A DNA stretch of 64,000 bases, taken from the NCBI GenBank assembly GCA_963715595.1, contig OY970255.1, positions 2,450,842-2,514,841 on the forward strand, given 5' to 3'. Position 1 is the stretch's first letter. Every line of letters begins with the position of its first letter. The stretch comes from an uncultured Actinomycetota bacterium. Its GTDB lineage: Bacteria; Actinomycetota; Actinomycetes; Actinomycetales; CAWJMD01. The position numbers were made by a program, and so were the translations under genes. The notes below the pieces were generated by a model that had not been told where the DNA came from, made no database searches, and saw only the letters and a program-made list of their open reading frames with translations. Below, one piece after another: positions 24,194 through 33,854 of the stretch.

Positions 24194-25495
24194 GTGCCCG
24201 CCCCCCGTCCCACCCTCGTCGCCGAGGCCCGCCGCGTCGCCGACGGCCTGACCGCGCGCTGGGAGCGGGTGGGCGTCCACGTCGTGATCGAGGGGCGGTT
24301 GCGCTGCCTGGCCGCGCCGGGCGCGGCGCAGACGCTCGACGGCGCCCGCCCCGGCGACGACGCGACGGGGCGCGCGCTGCGCACCGGCGCCACGGTGGTC
24401 GACGACGGGCAGGTCTGCGTGCCCGTGCTGCTGGGCGGCCGGGCGGTCGCCGTCGTGGTCGTCGGCGCCGCCGGCCCTCCCCCGCCCGACGCGGTCGCGG
24501 CGGCCGAGGCGGCGGCGGCGGACCTCGCCGCCGCGCTGGTCGCGCTCGAAGGGGTCCCGAGCAGCCCCCTGCAGCGGCTGGCCGCCCTGGCCGTCGACCT
24601 GCGCGGCGACGCCGACCGCGAGCGGATGCGGCGCGTCGTCGTCGAGGGCGCCGCCGAGCTCGCGCGCTGCTCCAGCGCCGCGCTGGTGCGGCACCTGCCC
24701 GACGGCAGCTGGCGGGTCTCGGCCGCCACCGGCCCGCTCGCGGCCGCCGTCCACGGCTGGACGAACGACCAGCTGGCCGCCGTCGCCGGCCGGGTCGACC
24801 CGGCGACGGTGCTGCAGCTGGCACCGGACGCCGGCGACGACCCCGCCCTGCGCTTCCTGGTCGAGGTCGGCGTGCGGACGGTGCACGCGGTCCCGCTGCA
24901 GACCGCCGGCGAGGTGGGCGGGGCGCTGGTGTGCCTCGGCGACGTGGCGGCGGTGCCCGACCCGTCGGTCACGGCGGCGCTCGAGCTGTTCGTCTCGGTG
25001 GCCGCCGGCAACCTGCGCACGGCGCGGCTGTCGGCCGAGCTGGCCGAGCGGCGCGAGGAGGTGCTGGCCCGGCTCGGCACCGCCGACGAGCTGCGCGACG
25101 ACCTCACCGACGCGTGCATCGACGCCATCCGCGGCGGCGAGGTGAGCCGCACCTGCCTGCTGCTGGGGTCCACCGGCCCGCTGGAGGACCCGGCGGTCGT
25201 CGCCACCCTGGCCGAGGCCGTCAACGGGCAGCTGCGGCACGGTGACCGGCTGTACCGCGCGCACGACGACGGCAGTGGTGGGACCCGGGTGGCGGTGCTG
25301 CTCGCCACCGGCACCGCCGCGAGCGCGGCGGCGGTGGCCGAGCGGCTCGTGCGCTCGGCCGCGGCGGTCGGCGTGGACGTGCGGGCCGGGTGGTCCCTGG
25401 TCGACGGTCCCCCGGCGCGGGTGCTGCAGGACGCCGAGCGGTCGCTGGCCGGCAGCGGCGGCGACGCTCAGGACGTGGCGCCGAGCCCCCACTGA
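24194..25495 (+). CDS. GAF-repeat protein with a degenerate GGDEF-like C-terminal domain (putative signalling protein)
   Basis: The 433-aa ORF has two GAF-like segments (..VCVPVLLGGRAVAVVVV.., ..VHAVPLQTAGEVGGALVCLGD..). Its C-terminus (RHGDRLYRAHDDGSGGTRVAVLL...VRAGWS...) resembles GGDEF topology but lacks the GGDEF motif. Confidence 0.5.
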   Translation: MPAPRPTLVAEARRVADGLTARWERVGVHVVIEGRLRCLAAPGAAQTLDGARPGDDATGRALRTGATVVDDGQVCVPVLLGGRAVAVVVVGAAGPPPPDAVAAAEAAAADLAAALVALEGVPSSPLQRLAALAVDLRGDADRERMRRVVVEGAAELARCSSAALVRHLPDGSWRVSAATGPLAAAVHGWTNDQLAAVAGRVDPATVLQLAPDAGDDPALRFLVEVGVRTVHAVPLQTAGEVGGALVCLGDVAAVPDPSVTAALELFVSVAAGNLRTARLSAELAERREEVLARLGTADELRDDLTDACIDAIRGGEVSRTCLLLGSTGPLEDPAVVATLAEAVNGQLRHGDRLYRAHDDGSGGTRVAVLLATGTAASAAAVAERLVRSAAAVGVDVRAGWSLVDGPPARVLQDAERSLAGSGGDAQDVAPSPH

Positions 25496-26253
25496 GCCGC
25501 GAGCGAGGCGGCCACCTCGCGGTAGGCCCGCGCACCGGGCGAGGAGCGGGCCGTGCGCAGCACCGAGCGCCCGACGGCAGGTGCCTCGGCGAACCGCACC
25601 GACCGCGGGATCGGCGGCGAGAGCACCGGGACGCCGTACCGCTCGCCGACGTCGGCGAGCACGGCGCGGGCGTGCGAGGTGCGGGCGTCGTACATGGTGG
25701 GGAGGATCCCCAGCACCTGCAGCCGCGGGTTGAGGATGCGGGTGACGTCGGCGACGGTGTCGAGCAGCTGCCCCACCCCGCGGTGGCTGAGCATCTCGCA
25801 CTGCAGCGGCACCAGGACGTCGTCGGCCGCGGTGAGCGCGGCCAGCGTCAGCACGCCCAGCGACGGCGAGCAGTCGAGCAGCACCACGTCGTACTCGTCG
25901 CGGACGCCCTCCAGCGCGGTGCGCAGCACGTACTCACGTCCGGGCCGGCCGAGCAGCTGGGCCTCGGTGCCGGCCAGGTCGATGGTGGCGGGTAGCAGCC
26001 GCACGCCGTCCTCGACGTCGACGGCCACGTCGTCGGGGGTGAGCGTGCCGATCAGCACCTCGTGCATCCCGGCCTCGACCTCGTCGGGGTCGATGCCGAG
26101 GCTGAAGGTCAGGCAGGCCTGGGCGTCGAGGTCGACCAGCAGCACCCGGTGGCCCTGCTCGGCCAGCGCGGCGCCGAGCGCCGCGACGGTGGTCGTCTTG
26201 GCGACCCCGCCCTTCTGGTTCGCGACCGCCAGCACCCTGCCCACGGGGCCCAT
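25468..26253 (-). CDS. ParA/Soj-family ATPase (orphan; no adjacent parB)
   Basis: It carries a deviant Walker A (VLAVANQKGGVAKTTT), plus ..VLLVDLDAQA.. and DVVLLDCSPSLG. Confidence 0.85.
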   Translation of the reverse strand: MGPVGRVLAVANQKGGVAKTTTVAALGAALAEQGHRVLLVDLDAQACLTFSLGIDPDEVEAGMHEVLIGTLTPDDVAVDVEDGVRLLPATIDLAGTEAQLLGRPGREYVLRTALEGVRDEYDVVLLDCSPSLGVLTLAALTAADDVLVPLQCEMLSHRGVGQLLDTVADVTRILNPRLQVLGILPTMYDARTSHARAVLADVGERYGVPVLSPPIPRSVRFAEAPAVGRSVLRTARSSPGARAYREVAASLAAQWGLGATS

Positions 26254-26309
26254 CGTGCCAGCAGGCCCCGATCACCCGGACAGGTGCCGCACAGTGGGAG
26301 GATCGGGAC

Positions 26310-26690
26310 GTGGAGCTGATCGCCGAGCTCGGGTCCGGCCCTCGGGAGGTCAGCCGGGCGCGCCGCGCGCTCGCACGCAGCCTCGACGCCTGGGGGTGGG
26401 GCGGCGAGCACGTCGACGTCGCCATCCTGCTGACCAGCGAGCTGGTCACCAACGCCATCCGGCACGCGGGCGCGCCGATCCGGCTGTCGGCCGGGCTGGT
26501 CGCCGACCGGCTGCTGCGGGTCGAGGTGCACGACCGCACGCCCGACCCCGTCGCCGCGCGCGAGGCGGGGTTCGACGACGAGGACGGCCGCGGGCTGCAC
26601 CTGGTGCAGGCGCTGGCCCGCTCCTGGGGCTGGCGACCGGTCGAGTCCGGCGGCAAGCGGGTGTGGTTCGAGCTCGACCCGCCCGGCTAG
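26310..26690 (+). CDS. HATPase_c-type ATP-binding protein (RsbW/anti-sigma-factor-like Ser kinase)
   Basis: The sequence is ..ILLTSELVTNAIRHAGAPIRL...LRVEVHDRTPD....DEDGRGLHLVQALA..WGW.. The start is GTG. Confidence 0.65.
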   Translation: MELIAELGSGPREVSRARRALARSLDAWGWGGEHVDVAILLTSELVTNAIRHAGAPIRLSAGLVADRLLRVEVHDRTPDPVAAREAGFDDEDGRGLHLVQALARSWGWRPVESGGKRVWFELDPPG

Positions 26691-27529
26691 GGCAGCAGCA
26701 CCGGCAGCCGTCCCGTCGCCTCGATCCGCTCGAGCACGTCGGGTTGGGTCGTGTTCTCCCCCAACAGGTTCTGCTTGCCGGTGCCGTGGTAGTCGCTCGA
26801 CCCGGTGACGAGCAGGTCGTGGGCCGCCGCGAACGCGCGCAGGCGCCCGCGGGCGCGGTCGTCGTGGTCGCGGTGGTCGACCTCGAGCCCCGCGAGGCCG
26901 GCCTCGACCAGCTCCTCGATCGTCTCCTCGTCGAGGGTGCTGCCCCGCTGGTCGGCGAACGGGTGCGCCAGGACGGGCACCCCGCCCGCCTCGCGCACGA
27001 GCCGCACCGCGTCGGCGGGGTCCGGCGCGTAGTGGCTGACGTGGTAGCGCGACGACCGGTGCAGCGCCTGGGCGAACGCGGCGTCGCGGTCGGGGAACGC
27101 GCCGCTCGCGACCAGCGCGTCGGCGAGGTGCGGCCGCCCGATCGTGGCGTCGCTGCCCGCCTGCGCCAGCACGTCGTCCCACCCGATCGCGAAGTCCTCG
27201 GCCAGCCGCTCGACCATCCGCCGGGCCCGCGACTCGCGCGAGGAGCGCGCCCGCTCGGTCTCGGCCAGCAGGCCGGGCGCGAGCGGGTCGTGCAGGTACG
27301 ACAGCAGGTGCACGCTGACACCCCAACGGGCGCAGGAGATCTCGGCGCCGCGCACCAGTCCGATGCCGTGCTCGGCGGCCGCGGCGGCCGCCTCGTCCCA
27401 GCCGCGGGTGCTGTCGTGGTCGGTCAGCGCGACGACGTCGAGACCCACCTCGGCGGCCTCGGCGACCAGGTCGGCCGGCGCCTGGGTGCCGTCGGACGCG
27501 ACGGAGTGGGTGTGGAGGTCGATGCGCAC
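26687..27529 (-). CDS. PHP-domain phosphoesterase (TrpH/YciV-like)
   Basis: The sequence is MRIDLHTHSVASDGT...VVALTDHDSTRGW...ISCARWGVSVHLL...VPVLAHPF...LEVDHRDH..GSSDYHG. Confidence 0.8.
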   Translation of the reverse strand: MRIDLHTHSVASDGTQAPADLVAEAAEVGLDVVALTDHDSTRGWDEAAAAAAEHGIGLVRGAEISCARWGVSVHLLSYLHDPLAPGLLAETERARSSRESRARRMVERLAEDFAIGWDDVLAQAGSDATIGRPHLADALVASGAFPDRDAAFAQALHRSSRYHVSHYAPDPADAVRLVREAGGVPVLAHPFADQRGSTLDEETIEELVEAGLAGLEVDHRDHDDRARGRLRAFAAAHDLLVTGSSDYHGTGKQNLLGENTTQPDVLERIEATGRLPVLLP

Positions 27530-27533
27530 CCGG

Positions 27534-28613
27534 TCAGGGTAGGGACGGCTCCGGGTCGGGGACGGGGGCGGGGTCCGGCACGGGACCGGTCGGCACGGGG
27601 TCGGTCGGCATGGGATCGGTCGGCTCCGGCGCCGGGGACGGCGAGGGGTGCGGGACGGGGACCGCAGGTGGCGTGACCGGGGCGGTCGGCACGCTCGGGA
27701 CGGGGACGACGGGCGAGGGCACCGGCGCCACCGGGGCGGCGGGCACCGCGGGCGCGGGGGGCGGCGCGATCGTCCCCTCGGCGCCCGGGACGGCGACGAC
27801 GCGGTCGCGGTAGGAGGTGCCCCACGCCAGCACGGCGTCGACGTACTCCTGCGAGTTGTTGTAGCGGCGCACCGCGCGCTGCAGCTGCTCGGGGTCGGCC
27901 AGGTCGCTACCGCCGCGGCACAGGTACAGGCCGGCGCTGAGCGCGGCGTCGTCGACGTCGTGCGGGTCGGCCCGGCGGTCGCCGTCGGCGTCGGCGCCGG
28001 TGGTGCGCCAGGTGCCGGGCAGGAACTGCATCGGCCCGACGGCGCGGTCGAAGAGCGGGTCGCCGTCGAGGGCGCCCGCGTCGCTGTCGACGATCACGCG
28101 GGTGCCGGCGAGGGTGCCGTCCAGACGGGGGCCGAGGACCTCGCCGCGGGTGCGCCCGCCGGCGTCGACCCGGCCGCCGCTGGCGTGGTGCGACTCGATC
28201 CGCCCGATGCCGGCGATCAGCCACCACGGGGCGTGGCAGCCCGGGTCGCGGCGGGCGAGCTCGGTCTCGGCCAGGTGGTAGGCGGCGAGGACCCGGTCGG
28301 GGACGCCCAGCGGACCGGACTCCCCCGGCGGGCCCGTCAGAGCGGCCGGCAGGGCCGAGGCGACGGTCGCCGCGGACGGTGCGGCGAACCCGTCGACCGC
28401 GCCGGGCGGCGACACGACCACGGGGTCGGCGTGCGGGGCGCGCACGTGCAGCACGACGTCGAGCGCCGTCAGGCCGGACGAGCCGCGGGCGGGCGCGTCG
28501 GGGACGTCGCGGACCGCGGTGGGCGCCGAGGCGCCGACCGCACCGAAGGCCACCAGGCCGACCACGACCCCGGACGCGGCGCGTCGCCTCCCGAGGACCC
28601 ACCACTCCCGCAC
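27534..28613 (-). CDS. Lytic murein transglycosylase with a Pro-rich C-terminal tail
   Basis: The catalytic region reads ..WWLIAGIGRIESHHASGG...GPMQFLPGTWRTTGADADGD..ADPHDVDDAALSAGLYLC..YNNSQEYVDAVL... The C-terminus is a P/V/T low-complexity repeat. Confidence 0.75.
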   Translation of the reverse strand: MREWWVLGRRRAASGVVVGLVAFGAVGASAPTAVRDVPDAPARGSSGLTALDVVLHVRAPHADPVVVSPPGAVDGFAAPSAATVASALPAALTGPPGESGPLGVPDRVLAAYHLAETELARRDPGCHAPWWLIAGIGRIESHHASGGRVDAGGRTRGEVLGPRLDGTLAGTRVIVDSDAGALDGDPLFDRAVGPMQFLPGTWRTTGADADGDRRADPHDVDDAALSAGLYLCRGGSDLADPEQLQRAVRRYNNSQEYVDAVLAWGTSYRDRVVAVPGAEGTIAPPPAPAVPAAPVAPVPSPVVPVPSVPTAPVTPPAVPVPHPSPSPAPEPTDPMPTDPVPTGPVPDPAPVPDPEPSLP

Positions 28614-28732
28614 CTCGAGGTCGTCGGTGCCGCGGGGCCGCGGCTTGACCTCGTCCGCGGCCGACCGCCCGGACGCCCGGGCGGGTCACCGACCGCCAGA
28701 CGGGCTCACCCGATCGGGGCTAGCCTCGCCGG

Positions 28733-29074
28733 GTGCACCGCATCTTCACCACGGCCGTCGCCGACGTGTACCCGCACTACGTGACCAAGGCCGAGCGCAA
28801 GGGCCGCACGAAGGCCGAGGTCGACGAGGTGATCTCGTGGCTGACCGGGTTCGACGGCGCCGCGCTGCGCCACCACCTCGACGCCGGCACGACGTTCGAG
28901 GACTTCTTCGCCGCCGCCGAGCTCAACCCCGCCACCTCCCTCATCACGGGCAGCGTCTGCGGCGTGAAGGTGCAGGAGGTCGAGGACCCCCTGATGCGCC
29001 GCATCCGCTACCTCGACAAGCTCGTCGACGAGCTGGCCAAGGGGCGTCCGATGGAGAAGGTGCTGCGGGCCTGA
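28733..29074 (+). CDS. DUF2200 family protein
   Basis: The sequence is [41 protein letters not shown]...[40 protein letters not shown]. Confidence 0.7.
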   Translation: MHRIFTTAVADVYPHYVTKAERKGRTKAEVDEVISWLTGFDGAALRHHLDAGTTFEDFFAAAELNPATSLITGSVCGVKVQEVEDPLMRRIRYLDKLVDELAKGRPMEKVLRA

Positions 29075-29086
29075 GCGGCGTGACGC

Positions 29087-29599
29087 TCAGGCGCCGGTCG
29101 GTTCCGGCCGGCCCGGCTGGTCGCCGCCGCGGGCGTCGAGGTAGCTCTGCTTCGGGACCATCACGGCGCGGGTGAACACGCAGACGAGCGTGCCGTCCTG
29201 GTTGTACCCGCGGGTCTCGACGGTGACCACGCCGCGGTCGTCCTTGGACGTCGACTCACGGGTCTCGAGCACGGTGGTCTCGCCGTAGATCGTGTCGCCG
29301 TGGAACGTCGGCGCCACGTGCTTGAGGCTCTTCACCTCGAGGTTGGCGATCGCCTTGCCCGACACGTCGGGCACGCTCATGCCGAGCAGCAGCGAGTACA
29401 CGTAGTTGCCGACGACGACGTTCCTGCCCTGCACCGTGGTGCCCGCGTAGTTCGCGTCCAGGTGCAGCGGGTGGTGGTTCATCGTGAGCAGGCAGAACAG
29501 GTGGTCGTCGTACTCGGTGACGGTCTTGCCGGGCCAGTGCTTGTAGACCGCGCCGACCTCGAACTCCTCGAATGTGCGTCCGAACTGCATGGCGGTCAT
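29087..29599 (-). CDS. MaoC-family (R)-hydratase/dehydratase
   Basis: The sequence is MTAMQFGRTFEEFEVGAVYKHWPGKTVTEYDDHLFCLLTMNHHPLHLDANYA...HGDTIYGETTVLETRES... This is only the 3' portion of the long listed ORF 29087..31960. Confidence 0.8.
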   Translation of the reverse strand: MTAMQFGRTFEEFEVGAVYKHWPGKTVTEYDDHLFCLLTMNHHPLHLDANYAGTTVQGRNVVVGNYVYSLLLGMSVPDVSGKAIANLEVKSLKHVAPTFHGDTIYGETTVLETRESTSKDDRGVVTVETRGYNQDGTLVCVFTRAVMVPKQSYLDARGGDQPGRPEPTGA

Positions 29600-29668
29600 C
29601 CTGCCGGGCACCGCGGCCGCCCGGAACGCGCGAGCGGCGTGGGCTCGGTCACGTGCGAGGATGCCCGG

Positions 29669-31216
29669 ATGTCCGAGCACGTCGACGCATCCGAGACCAC
29701 GCCCGCCGACGACCAGCCCCTGCAGGAGCGGGTCGACAACCGCAGCCAGCGGCCGACGTCCGAGGCGTTCAAGGCCTTCATCGCCGACCGCTGGGAGCCG
29801 CGTCCCACCGGCCTGCCCGAGCTCGCCGAGGTGGCGCCGTACGCCGCCGCCCGGCGCGAGGCGGTCAGCGCGCTGTTCCCGGGCGAGCGGCTGGTGCTGC
29901 CCGCGGGTCCGCTGAAGGTGCGCTCGAACGACAGCGACTACCGCTTCCGTCCGCACTCGGCGTTCGCGCACCTCACCGGCCTCGGCACCGACCGCGAGCC
30001 GGACGCCGTGCTGGTGCTGCACCCGCGCGCCGCCGACGACGAGCGCGGCGAGGGCCACGACGCCGTCCTGTACTTCCGTCCGCGCGCCGAGCGCGACACC
30101 GAGGAGTTCTACGCCGACGCGCGGTACGGCGAGCTCTGGGTCGGCGTCCGCCCGTCGCTCGAGGAGGTCGAGGCCGAGCTCGGCCTCGCCACCGCGCACG
30201 TCGACGAGCTGGGCGACGCGCTGCGCAAGGACGTCGGCGAGGGTGGCGTCCGGGTGCGGGTCGTGCCGCTGTCCGACCCGTCGGTCGAGGCCGACGTCGC
30301 CGAGGCGCGTGCGGCGTCCGGACTCTCCGACGAGGAGTACCTCGAGCTGGATGCCGCTCTGGCAGAGGCGCTCTCGGAGCTCCGTCTGGTGAAGGACGCC
30401 TGGGAGGTCGAGCAGCTGCGCGCCGCCGTCGCCGCCAGCGCCGCGGGGTTCGAGGACATCGTGCGGGCGATGCCCGAGGCCGTCGCGCACCACCGCGGCG
30501 AGCGCGTCGTCGAGACCGTGTTCAACCTCAGCGCGCGGCGCGAGGGCAACGGGCCGGGCTACGACACGATCGCGGCGTCCGGGAACCACGCCAACACGCT
30601 GCACTGGATCCGCAACGACGGGCAGGTGCGCGAGGGCGAGCTGATCCTGGTCGACGCGGGGGTCGAGGTCGACTCGCTCTACACCGCCGACGTCACCCGC
30701 ACCCTGCCCGTCGACGGCACCTTCACCGACGCCCAGCGCCAGGTCTACGACGCCGTGCGCGAGGCCGCCGACGCCGCGTTCGCGGTCGCGCGACCCGGGA
30801 CGCGGTTCCGCGACCTGCACGCCGCGGCCATGCAGGTGATCGCGCAGCGGCTCGAGGAGTGGGGCCTGCTGCCGGTGAGCGCACAGGAGTCGCTCGACAC
30901 CGAGAACGGCGGCTACCACCGGCGCTGGATGGTGCACGGCACGTCGCACCACCTCGGCATCGACGTCCACGACTGCGCCCAGGCGCGGCGCGAGATGTAC
31001 CTCGACGCCGAGCTGCGCCCGGGCATGGTCTTCACGATCGAGCCGGGCCTGTACTTCCGCGCCGACGACCTCGCGGTGCCCGAGCACCTGCGCGGCATCG
31101 GGGTGCGGATCGAGGACGACGTGCTCGTCACCGACGACGGCTGCGACAACCTGTCTGGCATGCTGCCCCGGTCGTCGGGGGACGTCGAGGCCTGGATGGC
31201 CCGGCTGCGGGGCTGA
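29669..31216 (+). CDS. Xaa-Pro aminopeptidase (M24B)
   Basis: Motifs seen are ..YRFRPHSAFAHLTG.., ..GYDTIAASGNHANTLHW...ILVDAGVEVDSLYTADVTRT.., HGTSHHLGIDVHD and FTIEPGLY...GIGVRIEDDVLVT. Confidence 0.85.
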   Translation: MSEHVDASETTPADDQPLQERVDNRSQRPTSEAFKAFIADRWEPRPTGLPELAEVAPYAAARREAVSALFPGERLVLPAGPLKVRSNDSDYRFRPHSAFAHLTGLGTDREPDAVLVLHPRAADDERGEGHDAVLYFRPRAERDTEEFYADARYGELWVGVRPSLEEVEAELGLATAHVDELGDALRKDVGEGGVRVRVVPLSDPSVEADVAEARAASGLSDEEYLELDAALAEALSELRLVKDAWEVEQLRAAVAASAAGFEDIVRAMPEAVAHHRGERVVETVFNLSARREGNGPGYDTIAASGNHANTLHWIRNDGQVREGELILVDAGVEVDSLYTADVTRTLPVDGTFTDAQRQVYDAVREAADAAFAVARPGTRFRDLHAAAMQVIAQRLEEWGLLPVSAQESLDTENGGYHRRWMVHGTSHHLGIDVHDCAQARREMYLDAELRPGMVFTIEPGLYFRADDLAVPEHLRGIGVRIEDDVLVTDDGCDNLSGMLPRSSGDVEAWMARLRG

Positions 31217-31252
31217 GCGCCCGCGGTCCGCCGGAGCGAGGGAGCACGACAG

Positions 31253-31852
31253 ATGAGCCGGGAGCTGCCGGACCGCCAGCGGCTGCGACGCCGCAACACG
31301 GCGGTGGTGCTGGTGTTCGCGTCGGTGGTCTGCGTCGTCGGGCTGTTCCTGGCCTTCGACACCCTCGGCCAGGGCACCGACCAGGCGGCCGACGAGCTGG
31401 TGCCCGCGACCACGCAGCCGTCGATCCCCGCCACCCCCGGCGGCGACGCGCCGCCGGTGGAGGGGGCCGGCGCGCCGGCGACCACCCCACCGCCCGCTCC
31501 CGCACCGCCCCCGCAGACCCTGTTCGCCTCGCCCAGCGGCAACATCTGGTGCGCGATCAGCGAGACCGGCGCCCGCTGCGACATCGCCGAGAAGACCTGG
31601 AACCCCGGCCCGCAGCCCGCGACGTGCACCGCGCCGGTGTGGGGCCCCGGCGTCGCCGTCGACGGGAACGGGCCGCAGGTCGTGTGCGCCGACGCCTCCA
31701 TCGTCCGGGGCGGGGGCGGCACCCTCGAGTACGGCCGCAGCGTCACCGTCGGCGACTTCGTGTGCGCCTCCAGCGAGGCGGGCATGCGCTGCGTGCAGAG
31801 CAGCACCGAACACGGCTTCTCGCTGTCGCGGCGGGCCTACACCTTCTTCTGA
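31253..31852 (+). CDS. Membrane-anchored Cys-rich hypothetical protein
   Basis: The 199-aa ORF has an N-terminal TM helix (VVLVFASVVCVVGLFLAF), a Pro-rich linker, and six Cys in a C-terminal domain (..NIWCAISETGARCDI...ATCTAP...VVCADAS...FVCASSEAGMRCV). Confidence 0.55.
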   Translation: MSRELPDRQRLRRRNTAVVLVFASVVCVVGLFLAFDTLGQGTDQAADELVPATTQPSIPATPGGDAPPVEGAGAPATTPPPAPAPPPQTLFASPSGNIWCAISETGARCDIAEKTWNPGPQPATCTAPVWGPGVAVDGNGPQVVCADASIVRGGGGTLEYGRSVTVGDFVCASSEAGMRCVQSSTEHGFSLSRRAYTFF

Positions 31853-31910
31853 ACCGCCCGACTTCGTCCCGGGCGCTACACCTGAGGCCCCCCCGAGCCG
31901 ATGGGACGGG

Positions 31911-33854
31911 ATGCGCGTCGTGCGTCCCGATCTGCGCACCGGCCCGAGGCTGTTCCTCACCTACGCGGTGGCCAGCCTCGTCCCGGTGCTGGCTCTGGGC
32001 GCCGTCCTCACCCACGGGCACCGCCAGGACGGTGCCCAGCGAGGCCTGTCGTCGGCGCTCTCGCAGTCCGCGGTGATCGAGGAGATGGCGATCGCACCCG
32101 CTCTGTCCGGCGACGACCTGCGCGACGGGCTCTCGACCGGCGAGGAGCAGCGGCTGCAGGACGCGACCGACCTGGCGATCTTCCGCGGGTCGGTGCTCCG
32201 GCTGCGGCTGCGCGACTTCGACGGGGCCGTGGTGTTCTCCGACGACGGCCGGGTCAGCGGCGCGCTGCCTGCCGACCACCCCGACTTCGAGGCCGCCGCG
32301 CTCGGCGACGCCCGCGCCGCGGTCGACGGGTCCACCGAGCGGGCCCGCATCCGGGTGCTGCAGCCGCTGATCGCCAGCGCGTCAGGCCGCGCGGTCGGCG
32401 TGCTCGAGCTGACCCTGCCCTACGAGGCCATCCAGGACGAGGTCGACGCCTCGACCACCCGCACCTTCCAGCGCCTGGGGATCGGGCTCGCCCTGCTGTA
32501 CGTGGTGCTGGGGCTCATCTCGTGGTCGACGACGCGGCGGCTCAGCCGGCACGCCGACCGGGCCGCCCACGACGCCGTGCACGACCCGCTGACCGGGCTC
32601 GGCAACCGCGAGCTGTTCCGCCGCAAGGTCGAGAGCGCCACCCGTGCCGAGGGCCAGGTCGCCGTGGTGCTGGTCGACCTCGACCGGTTCAAGCAGGTCA
32701 ACGACACCCTGGGCCACCACGCGGGCGACGAGCTGCTGCGCTGCGTGGGCCGGCGCATGGTCGAGACGCTGCGCACCGACGACACCGTGGCGCGGCTCGG
32801 CGGCGACGAGTTCGGCCTCGTCCTGCCCGGCATCGGCACCGCCGAGGCCGCCCGCTCGCTGCTCGACCGCGTCGTGCACGAGGTCACCCGCAGCATCGAC
32901 CTCGACGGCGTGCAGGTCTCGATCGAGGCGAGCTTCGGTGTGGCGCTGCACCCCCGCGACGGCACCGACGGCGACGCGCTGCTGCGCGCCGCTGACGCCG
33001 CGATGTACGAGGGCAAGCGCGGGACGACGAGCGTGGTCGTCTACGACCCCGAGCTCGCGACGTCGCCGACCGGCGGGCTGAACCTGCAGACCGAGCTGCG
33101 GCGCGCCCTCGAGCAGGACGAGCTCGTCCTGCACTACCAGCCGGTGATCGACCTGGCGTCCGGCGCCACCACCCGGCTCGAGGCGCTGGTGCGCTGGCAG
33201 CACCCGGAGCGCGGGCTGGTGCCGCCGGCGGCGTTCCTGCCGACGATCGAGCAGTCCGGGCTCATCGAGCCCTTCACCCGCTGGGTGCTCGAGCGCGCAC
33301 TGCGCGACTGCGCCACCTGGACCGGGGCCGGCGCGCCCTGGGACCTGTCGGTCAACGTGTCGGCGCGCAACCTGCACGACGGACTGGCCACGGCGGTGAT
33401 CGACCAGCTCGCCGCCGCCGGCGTCGACCGGGGCCGCCTGCTGCTCGAGGTCACCGAGACCGCCCTCGCCGTCGACGCCTCGGCCGCGGCCAGAGTGCTC
33501 GAGCAGCTCGACGCCGCCGGCGTCCGCACCGCCCTGGACGACTTCGGCGTCGGGTACGCGAGCCTGTCGCACCTGCGCTCGCTCGCCCTGCACGAGGTGA
33601 AGATCGACCGCGCGTTCGTCGCCGAGGTCGAGACCAGCACGGCCGACCGCGAGGTGGTCAGCTCGCTGGTGACGATGGCGCACGGGCTGGGCCTGACGGT
33701 GACCGCCGAGGGCGTCGAGACCGAGCGGGCCGCCCGCTGGTTGCGCGACCTGGGCTGCGACAGCGCCCAGGGCTACTGGTACTCCCGCCCGACCCCGTGG
33801 CCCGACCTGCTCGCGTCGCACGTCGCCCCCAGCCCCCAGGAGGCCCTGTCATGA
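31911..33854 (+). CDS. Membrane sensor diguanylate cyclase/phosphodiesterase (GGDEF + EAL)
   Basis: It has N-terminal TM/sensor segments. GGDEF elements are RLGGDEFGLVL and DPLTGLGNR. EAL elements are LEALVRWQHPERG..P..FLP, EVTE, DDFGVGYASLSHL and KIDRAFV. Confidence 0.85.
   Translation: MRVVRPDLRTGPRLFLTYAVASLVPVLALGAVLTHGHRQDGAQRGLSSALSQSAVIEEMAIAPALSGDDLRDGLSTGEEQRLQDATDLAIFRGSVLRLRLRDFDGAVVFSDDGRVSGALPADHPDFEAAALGDARAAVDGSTERARIRVLQPLIASASGRAVGVLELTLPYEAIQDEVDASTTRTFQRLGIGLALLYVVLGLISWSTTRRLSRHADRAAHDAVHDPLTGLGNRELFRRKVESATRAEGQVAVVLVDLDRFKQVNDTLGHHAGDELLRCVGRRMVETLRTDDTVARLGGDEFGLVLPGIGTAEAARSLLDRVVHEVTRSIDLDGVQVSIEASFGVALHPRDGTDGDALLRAADAAMYEGKRGTTSVVVYDPELATSPTGGLNLQTELRRALEQDELVLHYQPVIDLASGATTRLEALVRWQHPERGLVPPAAFLPTIEQSGLIEPFTRWVLERALRDCATWTGAGAPWDLSVNVSARNLHDGLATAVIDQLAAAGVDRGRLLLEVTETALAVDASAAARVLEQLDAAGVRTALDDFGVGYASLSHLRSLALHEVKIDRAFVAEVETSTADREVVSSLVTMAHGLGLTVTAEGVETERAARWLRDLGCDSAQGYWYSRPTPWPDLLASHVAPSPQEALS

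Noticed and set aside
27540-27730. Short periodic repeats (ggcacgggg/tcggtcgg-type) that might be mistaken for a CRISPR or VNTR locus
   Set aside because: They lie inside the lytic transglycosylase CDS and encode its Pro/Val/Thr-rich tail. There are no spacer-like unique segments and no cas genes.
28614-28732. Possible c-di-AMP (ydaO-type) riboswitch upstream of the lytic transglycosylase, as seen before some actinobacterial cell-wall hydrolase genes
   Set aside because: Only 119 nt are available, and I could not find the conserved ydaO sequence blocks. I saw only generic GC palindromes.
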